From a bacterium (GTDB lineage: Bacteria > UBP18 > UBA7526): a DNA stretch of 64,000 nt. Under the pieces are notes generated by a model, which had not been told where the DNA came from, did no database searches, and saw only the letters and a list, made by a program, of their open reading frames with translations. Shown piece by piece: positions 9,363-19,186 of this stretch. The position numbers and the translations under genes were made by a program. The DNA lies in NCBI GenBank assembly GCA_030619985.1, contig JAUXAI010000001.1:8708-72707 (forward strand), given 5' to 3'. How positions within the stretch are numbered: position 1 is the stretch's first letter; every line of letters starts with the position of its first letter.

Positions 9363-9396
9363 TATGCCAACTTTATGCCAACTTTATGCCAACTTT
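9363..9396. repeat. 11-mer tandem array (TTATGCCAACT x3)
   Basis: atgccaactttatgccaactttatgccaacttta, immediately after the COG2865 stop. Confidence 0.8.
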
Positions 9397-9589
9397 AAAG
9401 ATAGTTGTAAAGGAGGGAAGGGTAAGGGAAAATGGTAAACAGAGCATTAAACGGGTGCGAGTTCTCCGCTATCGTGGGGAAGCCGCCAGATAATAATTAT
9501 GCGTCAGATTTGCGCCAGATAGCAGAAATAAAGAATACACGAATTTCACTTTGCGAAAAAGTGAAAATCTGACGCTGAGTGATAAAGGG

Positions 9590-10558
9590 ATGGAAGAATA
9601 TCCAGTGGTTTCTGTAGTAGTTACAACTAAGAATGAAGCAAAGAGCATCGAAAATTGCTTGAGGAGCATAAAAAAACAGACCTATCCACAAAAAAAGATA
9701 GAGATAATCATAGTGGATAATAATTCAACCGATAAAACGAAGGAAATTGCTAAAAGATTTGCAGATAAAGTCTACAATAAAGGTCCAGAAAGATCAGCCC
9801 AAAGGAATTTTGGAGTAGAGAGGGCAAGAGGGAAATACATCTTATACCTTGATGCAGATATGATATTATCAAAAGATGTAATTTCTGAATGTGTAGAGAA
9901 ATGCCTGCCCCGTAGGAAGCCAACCTGCCCCGTAGCTTCCGCCTCGGCGGGATGGTATGGGGAGGCTTTCCTTCGGGGTGAAAACGAAGACTGCGTTGCC
10001 CTATATATTCCCGAACGAATAGTAAATTTATCTTCCGATCAGTTAAATAATCGGTGTAATCTAAATTTTAATCTGCGTAATCAGCGTTTCTGGATAAAGG
10101 TAAGAGATTTTGAGAGAAATTTCTATAATGCCACAGTAATAGATTGTGTGAGATTTATTCAGAGAGATAAATTTTTAAAAATTGGTGGATTTGATGAAAA
10201 ATTAACTGGTCCTGAAGATTGGGATTTTGATCGAAGAATCAAGGAGAAGGGAAAAGTGGACATAATAAACGCTCCTCTGTATCACAACGAAGGAGAATTT
10301 AATCTCAAAGAATATCTAAAGAAAAAAAGTTATTACTCTCGATTTTTCAATAAGTACATTCAGAAATGGGGTAAGGATGATTCTATTATAAGAAAGCAAT
10401 TAGGCCCTTGGTATCGTTTATTTGGAGTTTTTATTGAGAATAGAAAGTGGAAAAGATTCATCAGTAAACCTCATTTAGCTTTTGGCATAATTATATTGAG
10501 ATGTTCAGTTGGGCTAGTATTCTTAGTTTCTAAGATTTCAAAAATTACTCGGCGTTAG
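9590..10558 (+). CDS. GT2 family glycosyltransferase carrying two in-frame repeat insertions
   Basis: VVSVVVTTKNE...IIVDNNSTDKT...LDAD motifs. In-frame inserts are a 12-mer x2 (cctgccccgtag, 9903-9935) and a 13-mer x2 (aatcggtgtaatc / aatctgcgtaatc, 10048-10081). The six-frame ORF starts at 9551. Confidence 0.65.
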   Translation: MEEYPVVSVVVTTKNEAKSIENCLRSIKKQTYPQKKIEIIIVDNNSTDKTKEIAKRFADKVYNKGPERSAQRNFGVERARGKYILYLDADMILSKDVISECVEKCLPRRKPTCPVASASAGWYGEAFLRGENEDCVALYIPERIVNLSSDQLNNRCNLNFNLRNQRFWIKVRDFERNFYNATVIDCVRFIQRDKFLKIGGFDEKLTGPEDWDFDRRIKEKGKVDIINAPLYHNEGEFNLKEYLKKKSYYSRFFNKYIQKWGKDDSIIRKQLGPWYRLFGVFIENRKWKRFISKPHLAFGIIILRCSVGLVFLVSKISKITRR

Positions 10559-10591
10559 ATAAGAAAAATAATAAGATAGGAGAGAAAGAGT

Positions 10592-11311
10592 ATGAAGAAG
10601 AGAATAGATGTTGTGATTCTATGCGGGGGTAAGGGAACCCGTCTCTATCCCCTGACTACCAAGGTCCCCAAACCTATGGTTAAGATCGGTGATTTCCCGG
10701 TTCTGGAACATCTAATAAAGTATTATCAGTATTATGGCTATAAGAACTTTAAATTACTTCTGGGTTATAAAGGAGAGACCATTAAGGATTATTTTAGCAA
10801 TTGCTATAAAGATTTGCATATCGAATATTTGGATACCGGTATTGATAGTGGAACGGCAGAGAGAATTTGGCAGGTAAGAGAAAGGCTCTCCAAGATTTTT
10901 CTACTATCCTACACTGATGTTTTGGCTGATATCAATTTAGAAGAGAAAATGGCGTTTCATTTATCCCATAAAAAGGTGGGAACCATGAGCATTGTTCCCT
11001 TAAAAACCTCCTATGGCGTGGTGGAATTTGATTCTCACAGTATAGCCACTGATTATCTCGAGAAACCAATCTTTTACGATAAATGGATTAACGCCGGTTT
11101 CTTCATCTTTAACTCCACTCTTTTTAATTACTGGAGTTGGGAGAGTAAAAACTTTTCCCGAGGTATGCTGGTGAAGTTGGCTAAATTAGGATTATTGGGA
11201 TGTTTTAAGCATTATGGTTTCTGGGGCAGCATGGATACTATCAAAGAGAATAGCATCTTAAATGAACTCTGGAATAAAGGGGAGGCAAAGTGGGCTCTCT
11301 GGCGAAAGTAA
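10592..11311 (+). CDS. rfbF: Glucose-1-phosphate cytidylyltransferase
   Basis: VVILCGGKGTRLYPLTTKVPKPMV N-terminus; 239 aa, DdhA/RfbF-like. Confidence 0.75.
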   Translation: MKKRIDVVILCGGKGTRLYPLTTKVPKPMVKIGDFPVLEHLIKYYQYYGYKNFKLLLGYKGETIKDYFSNCYKDLHIEYLDTGIDSGTAERIWQVRERLSKIFLLSYTDVLADINLEEKMAFHLSHKKVGTMSIVPLKTSYGVVEFDSHSIATDYLEKPIFYDKWINAGFFIFNSTLFNYWSWESKNFSRGMLVKLAKLGLLGCFKHYGFWGSMDTIKENSILNELWNKGEAKWALWRK

Positions 11312-12258
11312 GGATCTTGGTAAGTGGAGCCAGTGGTTTTATCGGTGCCCATCTTACTTGGAGACTGATTCAGGAAGGGGCTCAAGTCTTTGCTTTAACA
11401 GAAAAGAATCAACTGGGCAATCTTCCCATTTTTCTAAAGGAGCAACTGAAAAAGGTTAACATTTTTCAGGTTGATTTAAAAGATTATCCACAGCTTAAAT
11501 CTATAGCAGAGAAGGTCAGGCCTCAGAAGGTATACCATCTGGCAGCATTTGTTAATCTGGAACGAACTTTCTCTAATGTCCAAAGATGTATTGAAACTAA
11601 TATCAAAGGAACGGTCAATCTCTTACAAGCCTTCGAAAGAGTAGGATGCGAGGTCTTTATTCATTCCGGGACATGTGAGGTCTATGGTAATGGACCTATC
11701 CCCTTTAGGGAAGAGCAACCCATTTATCCCATTTCTCCCTACGCCATTTCTAAGGCCTGCGGAGAGTTCTTCTGCCAAATGTACCAGCAGTTATACCAAT
11801 ATCCAGTCGTTATGTTGCGTCTCTCCACTGTTTATGGACCGGGACAGAACCCAGAAAGGCTAATTCCCTCAGTGATCCTTTCGTGCTTAAGAAAGGAGAA
11901 GATTGAGGTAAGTTCTGGTAAGCAGAAAAGAGACTTTACTTATGTTAAGGATATGGTTGATGGTTTTATTCGGGCCTCGACTACTGAAAGAGCGATTGGC
12001 CAGATTATTAACTTAGGAGACAAGAAAGGATGTAGTATAGAAAGCATAGTAAATAGAATTGTGAGAAAGATAGATCCTTCCTTGAGGCCTGTCTTCGGAG
12101 CCAGAAAAGAGCGTCCGTTTGAGGCCCGGAATTGGTGCTCCAGTAATGATCGAGCTTGGGAACTGCTTGATTGGAAACCCAGGATTAGCCTGGACGAGGG
12201 GTTAGAGAGAACCATTCGTTATTATCGGGAAGTCTCCAGGTGGGGTGAGGATGAATAA
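11290..12258 (+). CDS. NAD-dependent epimerase/dehydratase (candidate CDP-3,6-dideoxyhexose synthase or 2-epimerase, RfbJ/RfbS/RfbE-like)
   Basis: GTG start with a GGGGAGG RBS; ILVSGASGFIGAHL Rossmann motif; it sits between rfbF and rfbH. Confidence 0.55.
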   Translation: MGSLAKVRILVSGASGFIGAHLTWRLIQEGAQVFALTEKNQLGNLPIFLKEQLKKVNIFQVDLKDYPQLKSIAEKVRPQKVYHLAAFVNLERTFSNVQRCIETNIKGTVNLLQAFERVGCEVFIHSGTCEVYGNGPIPFREEQPIYPISPYAISKACGEFFCQMYQQLYQYPVVMLRLSTVYGPGQNPERLIPSVILSCLRKEKIEVSSGKQKRDFTYVKDMVDGFIRASTTERAIGQIINLGDKKGCSIESIVNRIVRKIDPSLRPVFGARKERPFEARNWCSSNDRAWELLDWKPRISLDEGLERTIRYYREVSRWGEDE

Positions 12259-13567
12259 GGGTGAGAAGGTTCGGAAAGAGATCCTGGATAAAGTAGCAGA
12301 ATTTTATCGCTGGCGTAAAAGTCAGGAAAGTTTCATCCCGGATAAATCAAAGGTTCATTATGCAGGTAGAGTCTACGATGAAAAAGAGATGATGAGTTTA
12401 GTAGATGCTTCACTTGACTTTTGGCTAACCGCGGGAAGATTTGCTAATCGGTTCGAAAAAGAATTTGCAGAATTCTTAGGAGTAAAATATTGCCTTCTGA
12501 CCAATTCTGGTTCCTCAGCTAATCTTTTAGCAATTTCTGCTTTAACTTCATCAAAATTTGGAAGCAGAAGACTAAAACCTGGTGACGAAATTGTTACTAC
12601 CGCCTGTGGATTTCCTACTACGTTAAGTCCCATTATCCAGAACAATTTGGTTCCCGTTTTTATTGATGTTGACTTAGGAACATATAATATTCAGGTGGAT
12701 AAAATTGAAAAAGCGATAACAGAAAAAACAAAAGCAATTTTTATTGCTCATACATTAGGCAATCCAGCAAATTTAGGTAAAATTATGAAGATTATAAAGA
12801 AATATAATCTTTGGTTTTGCGAAGATAACTGCGATAGTTTAGGTTCTAGATATAAAGGCAAATATACCGGTACCTTCGGGCACATTTCTACTTGCAGTTT
12901 TTATCCCGCCCATCACATAACTATGGGAGAGGGTGGGGCGGTTTTAACTAATGACCCTTTATTAAAGAAAATCATCCTTTCCTTTCGCGATTGGGGAAGA
13001 GATTGTTGGTGTGAACCAGGCCATGACAATACCTGTGAAAAAAGATTCAGTTGGCAATTGGGTAAACTTCCCTTTGGCTACGATCACAAGTATATTTATT
13101 CTCACATAGGTTACAATCTTAAAGTTACCGATATGCAAGCAGCAGTTGGTGTGGAACAACTAAAAAAACTTCCCGAATTTATAGAAAAAAGAAAAGAAAA
13201 CTTTAAAATACTTTATGATGGATTAAGAAAATATGAAAAGTATTTTATTCTCCCTCAAGCAACAAGAAATTCTGAGCCCAGTTGGTTTGGCTTTCCAATT
13301 TTGGTAAGAGAAGGCACCTCCTTTACACGGGATGAAACTGTGAAATATTTAGAGGAGAACAAAATTGCCACTCGAATGCTTTTTGGTGGAAATTTGACAA
13401 AACAACCTGCTTATGAAAATATAAAATATAGAATCTTCGGGCCATTAGAAAATACCGATTTAGTGATGAATAATCTCTTCTGGATTGGAGTATATCCCGG
13501 TATCAGTCAGGAAGAGATAAGTTTTATCTTGAATAAAATAGGGAAATTTATGAAAGGTTATCGTTAA
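12251..13567 (+). CDS. rfbH: CDP-6-deoxy-D-xylo-4-hexulose-3-dehydrase (DegT/DnrJ/EryC1 family, E1/RfbH-like)
   Basis: About 438 aa PLP-fold aminotransferase-like protein of RfbH length (DegT family members are typically around 370-390 aa), positioned between rfbF and rfbG. Confidence 0.65.
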   Translation: MNKGEKVRKEILDKVAEFYRWRKSQESFIPDKSKVHYAGRVYDEKEMMSLVDASLDFWLTAGRFANRFEKEFAEFLGVKYCLLTNSGSSANLLAISALTSSKFGSRRLKPGDEIVTTACGFPTTLSPIIQNNLVPVFIDVDLGTYNIQVDKIEKAITEKTKAIFIAHTLGNPANLGKIMKIIKKYNLWFCEDNCDSLGSRYKGKYTGTFGHISTCSFYPAHHITMGEGGAVLTNDPLLKKIILSFRDWGRDCWCEPGHDNTCEKRFSWQLGKLPFGYDHKYIYSHIGYNLKVTDMQAAVGVEQLKKLPEFIEKRKENFKILYDGLRKYEKYFILPQATRNSEPSWFGFPILVREGTSFTRDETVKYLEENKIATRMLFGGNLTKQPAYENIKYRIFGPLENTDLVMNNLFWIGVYPGISQEEISFILNKIGKFMKGYR

Positions 13568-13582
13568 TAGGAGGATAATGAA

Positions 13583-14563
13583 ATGGTGAAGAGGAAGTAT
13601 TGGAAGGAGAAAAATGTTTTAGTAACTGGAGCTACGGGCATGCTTGGTTCCTGGCTGACGGCACGCCTGGTAAAGGAAGGAGCCAATGTGGTCTCCTTGA
13701 TCCGGGACTTAACCCCTAAATCTAACTTCTTTTTACTTGGTCTGGATAAGAAAGTAACCATCATTTATGGTGACCTGTGTGATTACCAGATTATAGAGAG
13801 GACTTTGAACGAATACGAAATCGATACCTGTTTCCATTTAGGGGCTCAGGCTCTGGTTCCGGTAGGGAATAGAAATCCTTTATCTACTTTTGAGTCAAAT
13901 ATCCGGGGCACCTGGAATGTACTTGAGGCTTGTCGAAATAGTAAGTTATTGAAGGGGCTGGTTGTTGCCTCAAGCGACAAGGCTTATGGTTCTACTGACC
14001 AGCTGCCCTATACTGAGGAGACCCCCCTCAGGGGATTATATCCTTATGATGTTTCTAAAAGCTGTGCCGATCTTTTAGCTCAGACCTATTTTAATACCTA
14101 TGGCGTGCCCTTGGGCATTGCCAGAAGCGGTAATTTTTTTGGAGGTGGAGATTTTAACCTTAGCAGAATTGTGCCAGGGACGATCCGTTCGGTGCTTAAG
14201 AATGAAAATCCCATTATTAGAAGCGATGGTAGCTATGTTCGTGACTACATATATGTTAAGGATGTTGTAGATGCTTATCTTTGTTTGGCTCAAAAATTAG
14301 ATGATCCATCTATTCAAGGCGAGGCATTTAACTTTAGCAATGAATGCCATTATACGGTTCTAGAACTTGTTAATCTGATATTAAAGTTAATGAATCAAAA
14401 AGACCTAAAGCCAATCATTTTAAACAAAGTCTCACATGAGATAAAGAAGCAGTATCTTTCGGCAAAAAAGGCCCATTCACTTCTAGGATGGAAATCCAAA
14501 TATGATGTTGAAAAAAGTCTTATTGAAACGATAGATTGGTATAAGAGATATCTTAAATGGTAA
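13583..14563 (+). CDS. rfbG: CDP-glucose 4,6-dehydratase
   Basis: VLVTGATGMLGSWL (the GxTGFKGSWL-type motif of CDP-glucose dehydratases); 326 aa. Confidence 0.7.
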   Translation: MVKRKYWKEKNVLVTGATGMLGSWLTARLVKEGANVVSLIRDLTPKSNFFLLGLDKKVTIIYGDLCDYQIIERTLNEYEIDTCFHLGAQALVPVGNRNPLSTFESNIRGTWNVLEACRNSKLLKGLVVASSDKAYGSTDQLPYTEETPLRGLYPYDVSKSCADLLAQTYFNTYGVPLGIARSGNFFGGGDFNLSRIVPGTIRSVLKNENPIIRSDGSYVRDYIYVKDVVDAYLCLAQKLDDPSIQGEAFNFSNECHYTVLELVNLILKLMNQKDLKPIILNKVSHEIKKQYLSAKKAHSLLGWKSKYDVEKSLIETIDWYKRYLKW

Positions 14564-15747
14564 ACTATTTTTCAAATAAAAACTTTCGAATAGTTGTCTT
14601 TAACCATACCCAGTATAGAAATCATAAACCAATACATGGCCCTTCTGACACCATCGTTGATTTTTTGAAGGATAATGTTTCAGGAAGGATTTTTTATGTA
14701 ATGCATTCTATTTATAAAGGTGATGGCTCTTTGCTTCAGACCTATCAAAATGGCCAGGTTCAGAAAGTTGAAAGAAGTGTTTTTTCTAAAAACTTCCCGA
14801 ATATTATGCGTTATGCTATAGACTTTTTTTCTACGTTTAGGTGGTTTATATTTGAGAAACATTTCCATCTTGCCATCGCTGTTGACCCGTTAAATTTTTT
14901 TTATGCCTATGTTCTTAAAAAATTTAGGAAGGTGGATAAGATAATTTATTATACCGTTGATTATGCTTATCGACGTTTTGACAACCCATTTCTTAATAAG
15001 GTTTATCACTGTTTAGATTTGTTTGCCGTTAAAAGGGCAGATATGCTCTGGAATTCTTGCAAAAAGATAAGAGAAGTAAGAAGGAGACAGGGAGTTCATG
15101 ATAGAAAAAATATCTATCTCCCTAACACTCCAATCTCACATGGGGTAAACATAAAAAACGAAAATGAAATTGATAAATTTTCGCTGGTCAATATTTTTTC
15201 AAATCATAAACAGGTTGATTTTGACATCATGTTTGAAGCCCTTTCCCGCCTAATTGAACATTTCCCCCAAATAACCCTCAAACTAATAGGGAGAGGAGAT
15301 TTCGCAAAAGAAGTTATACCCCAGATAAAAGACTCAGGGATACGAGGCCACGTAAAATTTATGGACATATCCTCTCATACTCAAGCTCTTGAGGAAATTA
15401 GTCGAAGTGCAATTGGGTTGGAATGTAACCCTCAGACGGAGTCTCGGAATGAATTTAGGGAGCCAATAAAGATTATGGAGTATATAACTTTCGGTCTTCC
15501 GATTATTTCCAAACCTGGCCACGGAGTTGTAGATGTAATCGTTAGGGAAAAAATTGGCTTTGTGGTCAATAGTTCCAGAGACTTTTTTGAAGCAGTCAAG
15601 GCGTTTTTGAGTGATTATAATTTTTACTGCAAGATGAGAGAAAAAGTGTTAAGGTTAGCGGAAAAGTATAATAAAGAAAAAATTCTGTTTGATGCTTTTA
15701 CCAAACTCGGTATTACGTTAGAGGCAAGGGATCATCATGTTGGATAG
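14557..15747 (+). CDS. GT-B fold glycosyltransferase (GT4-like)
   Basis: 396 aa. The C-terminal half has a Rossmann-like GT-B donor-binding pattern (LIGRGD...GLPIIS...); the N-terminal half is divergent. Confidence 0.45.
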   Translation: MVNYFSNKNFRIVVFNHTQYRNHKPIHGPSDTIVDFLKDNVSGRIFYVMHSIYKGDGSLLQTYQNGQVQKVERSVFSKNFPNIMRYAIDFFSTFRWFIFEKHFHLAIAVDPLNFFYAYVLKKFRKVDKIIYYTVDYAYRRFDNPFLNKVYHCLDLFAVKRADMLWNSCKKIREVRRRQGVHDRKNIYLPNTPISHGVNIKNENEIDKFSLVNIFSNHKQVDFDIMFEALSRLIEHFPQITLKLIGRGDFAKEVIPQIKDSGIRGHVKFMDISSHTQALEEISRSAIGLECNPQTESRNEFREPIKIMEYITFGLPIISKPGHGVVDVIVREKIGFVVNSSRDFFEAVKAFLSDYNFYCKMREKVLRLAEKYNKEKILFDAFTKLGITLEARDHHVG

Positions 15748-16657
15748 CAAATTGTTAAAAATGTTGGTCTGCCCTGTTTGCCGTAATGGTCTAGATTTTA
15801 AACACGGGCAACTTAGATGCAGGAATGCTGCCTGCGGGGCAACCTATACCATTAATGAGGATATTCCGATTATGATACCGTCCCATAAATTAACAAGCGA
15901 TTTAGAATTGACATGGGAAAGATGGGAAAGAAGTTATTCCCATGCCTCTCTTGCTGTCGATTTGGAACATGACCGCGGTCTGCAGGATAGTAACAGATTT
16001 ATTCGTCAATACGCTAATTCCCGGAAAAAGGGGATATATTTTGAAGCTGGCTGCGGACTGGCTAAAAATGCTTTGTTATTGGCCCGTGATGGGTTTACGG
16101 TTGTGGGCTTGGATATTTGCATAGGTGCTTTAAAGAAAGCAAAAGAGATCTTTCAAAGAGAAGGCCAAAGAGGTTTTTTCGTCTGTGGCGATATGAACTG
16201 TATGCCCTTTAGGGATGACTTATTCGGTACCATTTATGCCGGAGGCTCAATCGAACATTTTTCGGATACCTTAAGTTCAGTAAAGGAACTGCATCGGGTT
16301 CTGGCAAAAAACAGTATTTTGATTGCTACAGTTCCATTGGTCTCGTTAAGTACCTTGACCTATGGACAGCTTTCCGGGAACATACCAGATGTGCCATTCT
16401 TGCGCCAGCTGGCCGAGTTTATCCAGATAAGATTATTCAAAAAACGATTAATGATTTATGGGTATGAAAAATCATTTACTATAAGAAAGATATATAATAT
16501 TTTCCAAAAAGCCGGTTTTTCCGAGATCGAATACGGCCCCTATCATACGCATTGGGAAATTAAATTTTTCCGGAATAATTATGTCAAGCGTATAATCCGG
16601 AGAATCTCACGCTGCCGGCCGTTTTGGCCGTTTATTTATATCTTGGCGGAAAAATAA
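15737..16657 (+). CDS. Trm112-like zinc-ribbon domain fused to a class I SAM-dependent methyltransferase
   Basis: N-terminal LVCPVCRNGLDF...CRNAACGATYTINEDIPIM (Trm112-like), then motif I (FEAGCGLAKNALLLARDGFTVVGLDI). Confidence 0.65.
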   Translation: MLDSKLLKMLVCPVCRNGLDFKHGQLRCRNAACGATYTINEDIPIMIPSHKLTSDLELTWERWERSYSHASLAVDLEHDRGLQDSNRFIRQYANSRKKGIYFEAGCGLAKNALLLARDGFTVVGLDICIGALKKAKEIFQREGQRGFFVCGDMNCMPFRDDLFGTIYAGGSIEHFSDTLSSVKELHRVLAKNSILIATVPLVSLSTLTYGQLSGNIPDVPFLRQLAEFIQIRLFKKRLMIYGYEKSFTIRKIYNIFQKAGFSEIEYGPYHTHWEIKFFRNNYVKRIIRRISRCRPFWPFIYILAEK

Positions 16658-16660
16658 GAT

Positions 16661-18178
16661 ATGAGAATTACCTTTGTACAATCCGAAAGTGAAAATTTAG
16701 CTGTCGAATACTTATCAAGTATCTTGAAATCTCACGGACATTCGGTATATTTAGCCTTTGATTCCAAACTATTTAGTACCACTATCATAAAAAATACTCT
16801 CGGGAAGAAACTATTAGATATAAAGGATATTTTGATAAAAGAGATCGTTTTATCTAAGCCGGATTTGGTTGCCTTTTCCGTCCTTACAGGTGATTATTTA
16901 TGGGCAATAGATACCGCTAAGTCTCTCAAAGAAAAAATTAATACCCCAATTATATTTGGCGGTATCCATCCGACCTCGGTACCCGAGGAGGTAATAAGCA
17001 ACGAATGTGTTGATATAGTCTGCATTGGAGAAGGTGAGCATCCCTTAGTTGAATTAGCCGATAGCCTTAAATCAGGTCTTGATTATAGTATAAAGAATTT
17101 GTGGTTTAAAAAGAACGGTAAGGTCATCAAAAATGAAATGAGACCCCTTTTAGATTTAGATAGCCTTCCATTTCTTGATAAAGAAATCTTCTATAGCAAA
17201 GTGCCACTTTATAAAAAGATCTATGTCACGATGGTCAGTCGGGGCTGTCCTTACGAATGCACATTCTGCTGCAACAATATTTTAAAAAAGATTTATAAAG
17301 GGAAAGGCAGATATTTCAGAATTAGAAGTGTAGAAAATGTAATGGAAGAACTTAATGTAGCCAAAGAAAAGTATAAACCTAAATATTTTTCTTTTCCTGA
17401 TGATATATTTACGTCGAATAGAGCGTGGCTTGAACAGTTTATTACAAGATACAAAAAAGAAATCAATAAGCCGTTTCTTTGTTATACCCATACCAAATTC
17501 ATTAATGAAGAAATCGCCAAATTATTAAAATACGGTGGATGTTTCTGGTTAAATATCGGTATTCAGACAGCTTCGGAGAATAATCGTCGCAAGATCTTAA
17601 AGAGAATTGAATCCAATGAAGAGATAGCCCAAGCAGCCGAGAGTTGTCATAAAGCAAAATTAAAATTCTCTATCGACCATATCTTTAACATTCCTTACGA
17701 GGGAGAAAAAGAATACATCGAAGCACTTAATTTTTACAATAAATTGCGTCCCAGCATAATAAATTCTTTTTACTTAAGATATTATCCTAAAACAGAAATT
17801 ATCGATGTGGCCAAAGAAGCAGGAATTATTAATAATGATGTAGTCAAAGATATTGAGAGAGGTAGGTATTTTATACCTTTTACAGTTAGTATTGGTGGGG
17901 GTTCTCAGTCAAAATTCTATAACAAAGAAAAGACACATAATAATTTCCTTTTCCTTTTTTCTGCACTCCCTTTAATTCCTAAAAAGTTAATGGATAAGAT
18001 AATCGAAAAAAAATGGTATAATTTATTTTCATCATTTCCTGTGGCTTTTGCTATTTTGGTAAAGTTTATCGTGAGATTAAGAATCAATCAATGGTATCTA
18101 TATACAGATGAAATAAAAAGATTAGTCTACTTTGCTTTTCAAAATTTAAAACTAAAGACCGCATCCCGTAATTTTTAG
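16661..18178 (+). CDS. B12-binding-domain radical SAM protein
   Basis: N-terminal B12-binding-like domain, then the canonical CxxxCxxC (RGCPYECTFC). Confidence 0.75.
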   Translation: MRITFVQSESENLAVEYLSSILKSHGHSVYLAFDSKLFSTTIIKNTLGKKLLDIKDILIKEIVLSKPDLVAFSVLTGDYLWAIDTAKSLKEKINTPIIFGGIHPTSVPEEVISNECVDIVCIGEGEHPLVELADSLKSGLDYSIKNLWFKKNGKVIKNEMRPLLDLDSLPFLDKEIFYSKVPLYKKIYVTMVSRGCPYECTFCCNNILKKIYKGKGRYFRIRSVENVMEELNVAKEKYKPKYFSFPDDIFTSNRAWLEQFITRYKKEINKPFLCYTHTKFINEEIAKLLKYGGCFWLNIGIQTASENNRRKILKRIESNEEIAQAAESCHKAKLKFSIDHIFNIPYEGEKEYIEALNFYNKLRPSIINSFYLRYYPKTEIIDVAKEAGIINNDVVKDIERGRYFIPFTVSIGGGSQSKFYNKEKTHNNFLFLFSALPLIPKKLMDKIIEKKWYNLFSSFPVAFAILVKFIVRLRINQWYLYTDEIKRLVYFAFQNLKLKTASRNF

Positions 18179-18189
18179 AAAACAGAAAA

Positions 18190-19182
18190 ATGAAATCAAA
18201 AGATCCTTTAGTAAGCATAATTATTGTGAATTATAATGGACGAAGATTTTTAAAAGAATGTTTTAATTCGTTGAAAAACATAAGTTACCCAAATTATGAA
18301 ATCTTATTTGTTGATAATGCTTCAACTGATGGAAGTATAGCTTTCATTAAACAAAATTATCCACAGACAAAAATAATAAGAAATAGAAAAAATCTTGGTT
18401 TTACTATTGCAAATAATAATGCTTCATATATGGCAAAAGGGAAATACTTGTTCTTTCTAAATAATGATACAAAAGTTGATCCGAAAGTACTCTCAAGATC
18501 AGTAGAAAAGATGGAAGAGGATCCTACTGTTGGTATTTGTGCCTGCAAAATCATGACTTATGATGGAAAGAGCCAGTTTCATGCTGGCACGGGACTGGAT
18601 ATTTATGGTTACCCTGTAGTGGGCAGGAAAATTTTTTACGCAGAAGGGTCTAGCCTGATGATAAGGAAAGTATTATTTCATAGGTTGGGCGGTTTTGACC
18701 CAAAATATTTTATGTTCCATGAGGATATAGACCTTGCCTGGAGGACTTGGTTGATGAACTATCAGGTAGTCCCAATTCCTGAGGCCATTATTTACCATAT
18801 GCATGGAGGTAGCGCTGGCGGTGCAGTAGTAGGAGGCAGATATGTTTCAACGCTATTTAGAAGATATCTATCAGAGAGAAATAATATCAGGACAATATTA
18901 AAGAATTACAGTCTAAAGACTCTGGCAACAGTTCTACCCAGGTATATTCTGATAAATCTATGTGAAATATTCTTATTTTTGGTTACTTTGCAATTTAAGG
19001 CGGTGCTTTGCTATCTGAAAGCATATTACTGGAATATGACCAACCTTAGGGATACTATAGAAAGAAGAAGAGAGATCAGGCAGATCAGGCAAATTTCTGA
19101 CAGAGAGCTTGTGAAAAGAATGCATAAAGGCAGTGGGAAATTTCTCGTGTTTAAAGAAACTGGTATTCCAAGGTTTAAATGA
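18190..19182 (+). CDS. GT2 family glycosyltransferase
   Basis: VSIIIVNYNG...EILFVDNASTDGS, plus DxD. Confidence 0.75.
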   Translation: MKSKDPLVSIIIVNYNGRRFLKECFNSLKNISYPNYEILFVDNASTDGSIAFIKQNYPQTKIIRNRKNLGFTIANNNASYMAKGKYLFFLNNDTKVDPKVLSRSVEKMEEDPTVGICACKIMTYDGKSQFHAGTGLDIYGYPVVGRKIFYAEGSSLMIRKVLFHRLGGFDPKYFMFHEDIDLAWRTWLMNYQVVPIPEAIIYHMHGGSAGGAVVGGRYVSTLFRRYLSERNNIRTILKNYSLKTLATVLPRYILINLCEIFLFLVTLQFKAVLCYLKAYYWNMTNLRDTIERRREIRQIRQISDRELVKRMHKGSGKFLVFKETGIPRFK

Positions 19183-19186
19183 TTTA

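Noticed and set aside
9440-9590. Upstream extension of the GT2 ORF (MRKSENLTLSDKG...) and small overlapping minus-strand ORFs 9469-9691
   Set aside because: The region contains inverted repeats (gcgtcagatttgcgc / aaaatctgacgc; tttcactttgcgaaaaagtgaaa). It looks like a regulatory or terminator-type structure; the ATG at 9590 with the VVSVVV GT2 start is the more plausible start.
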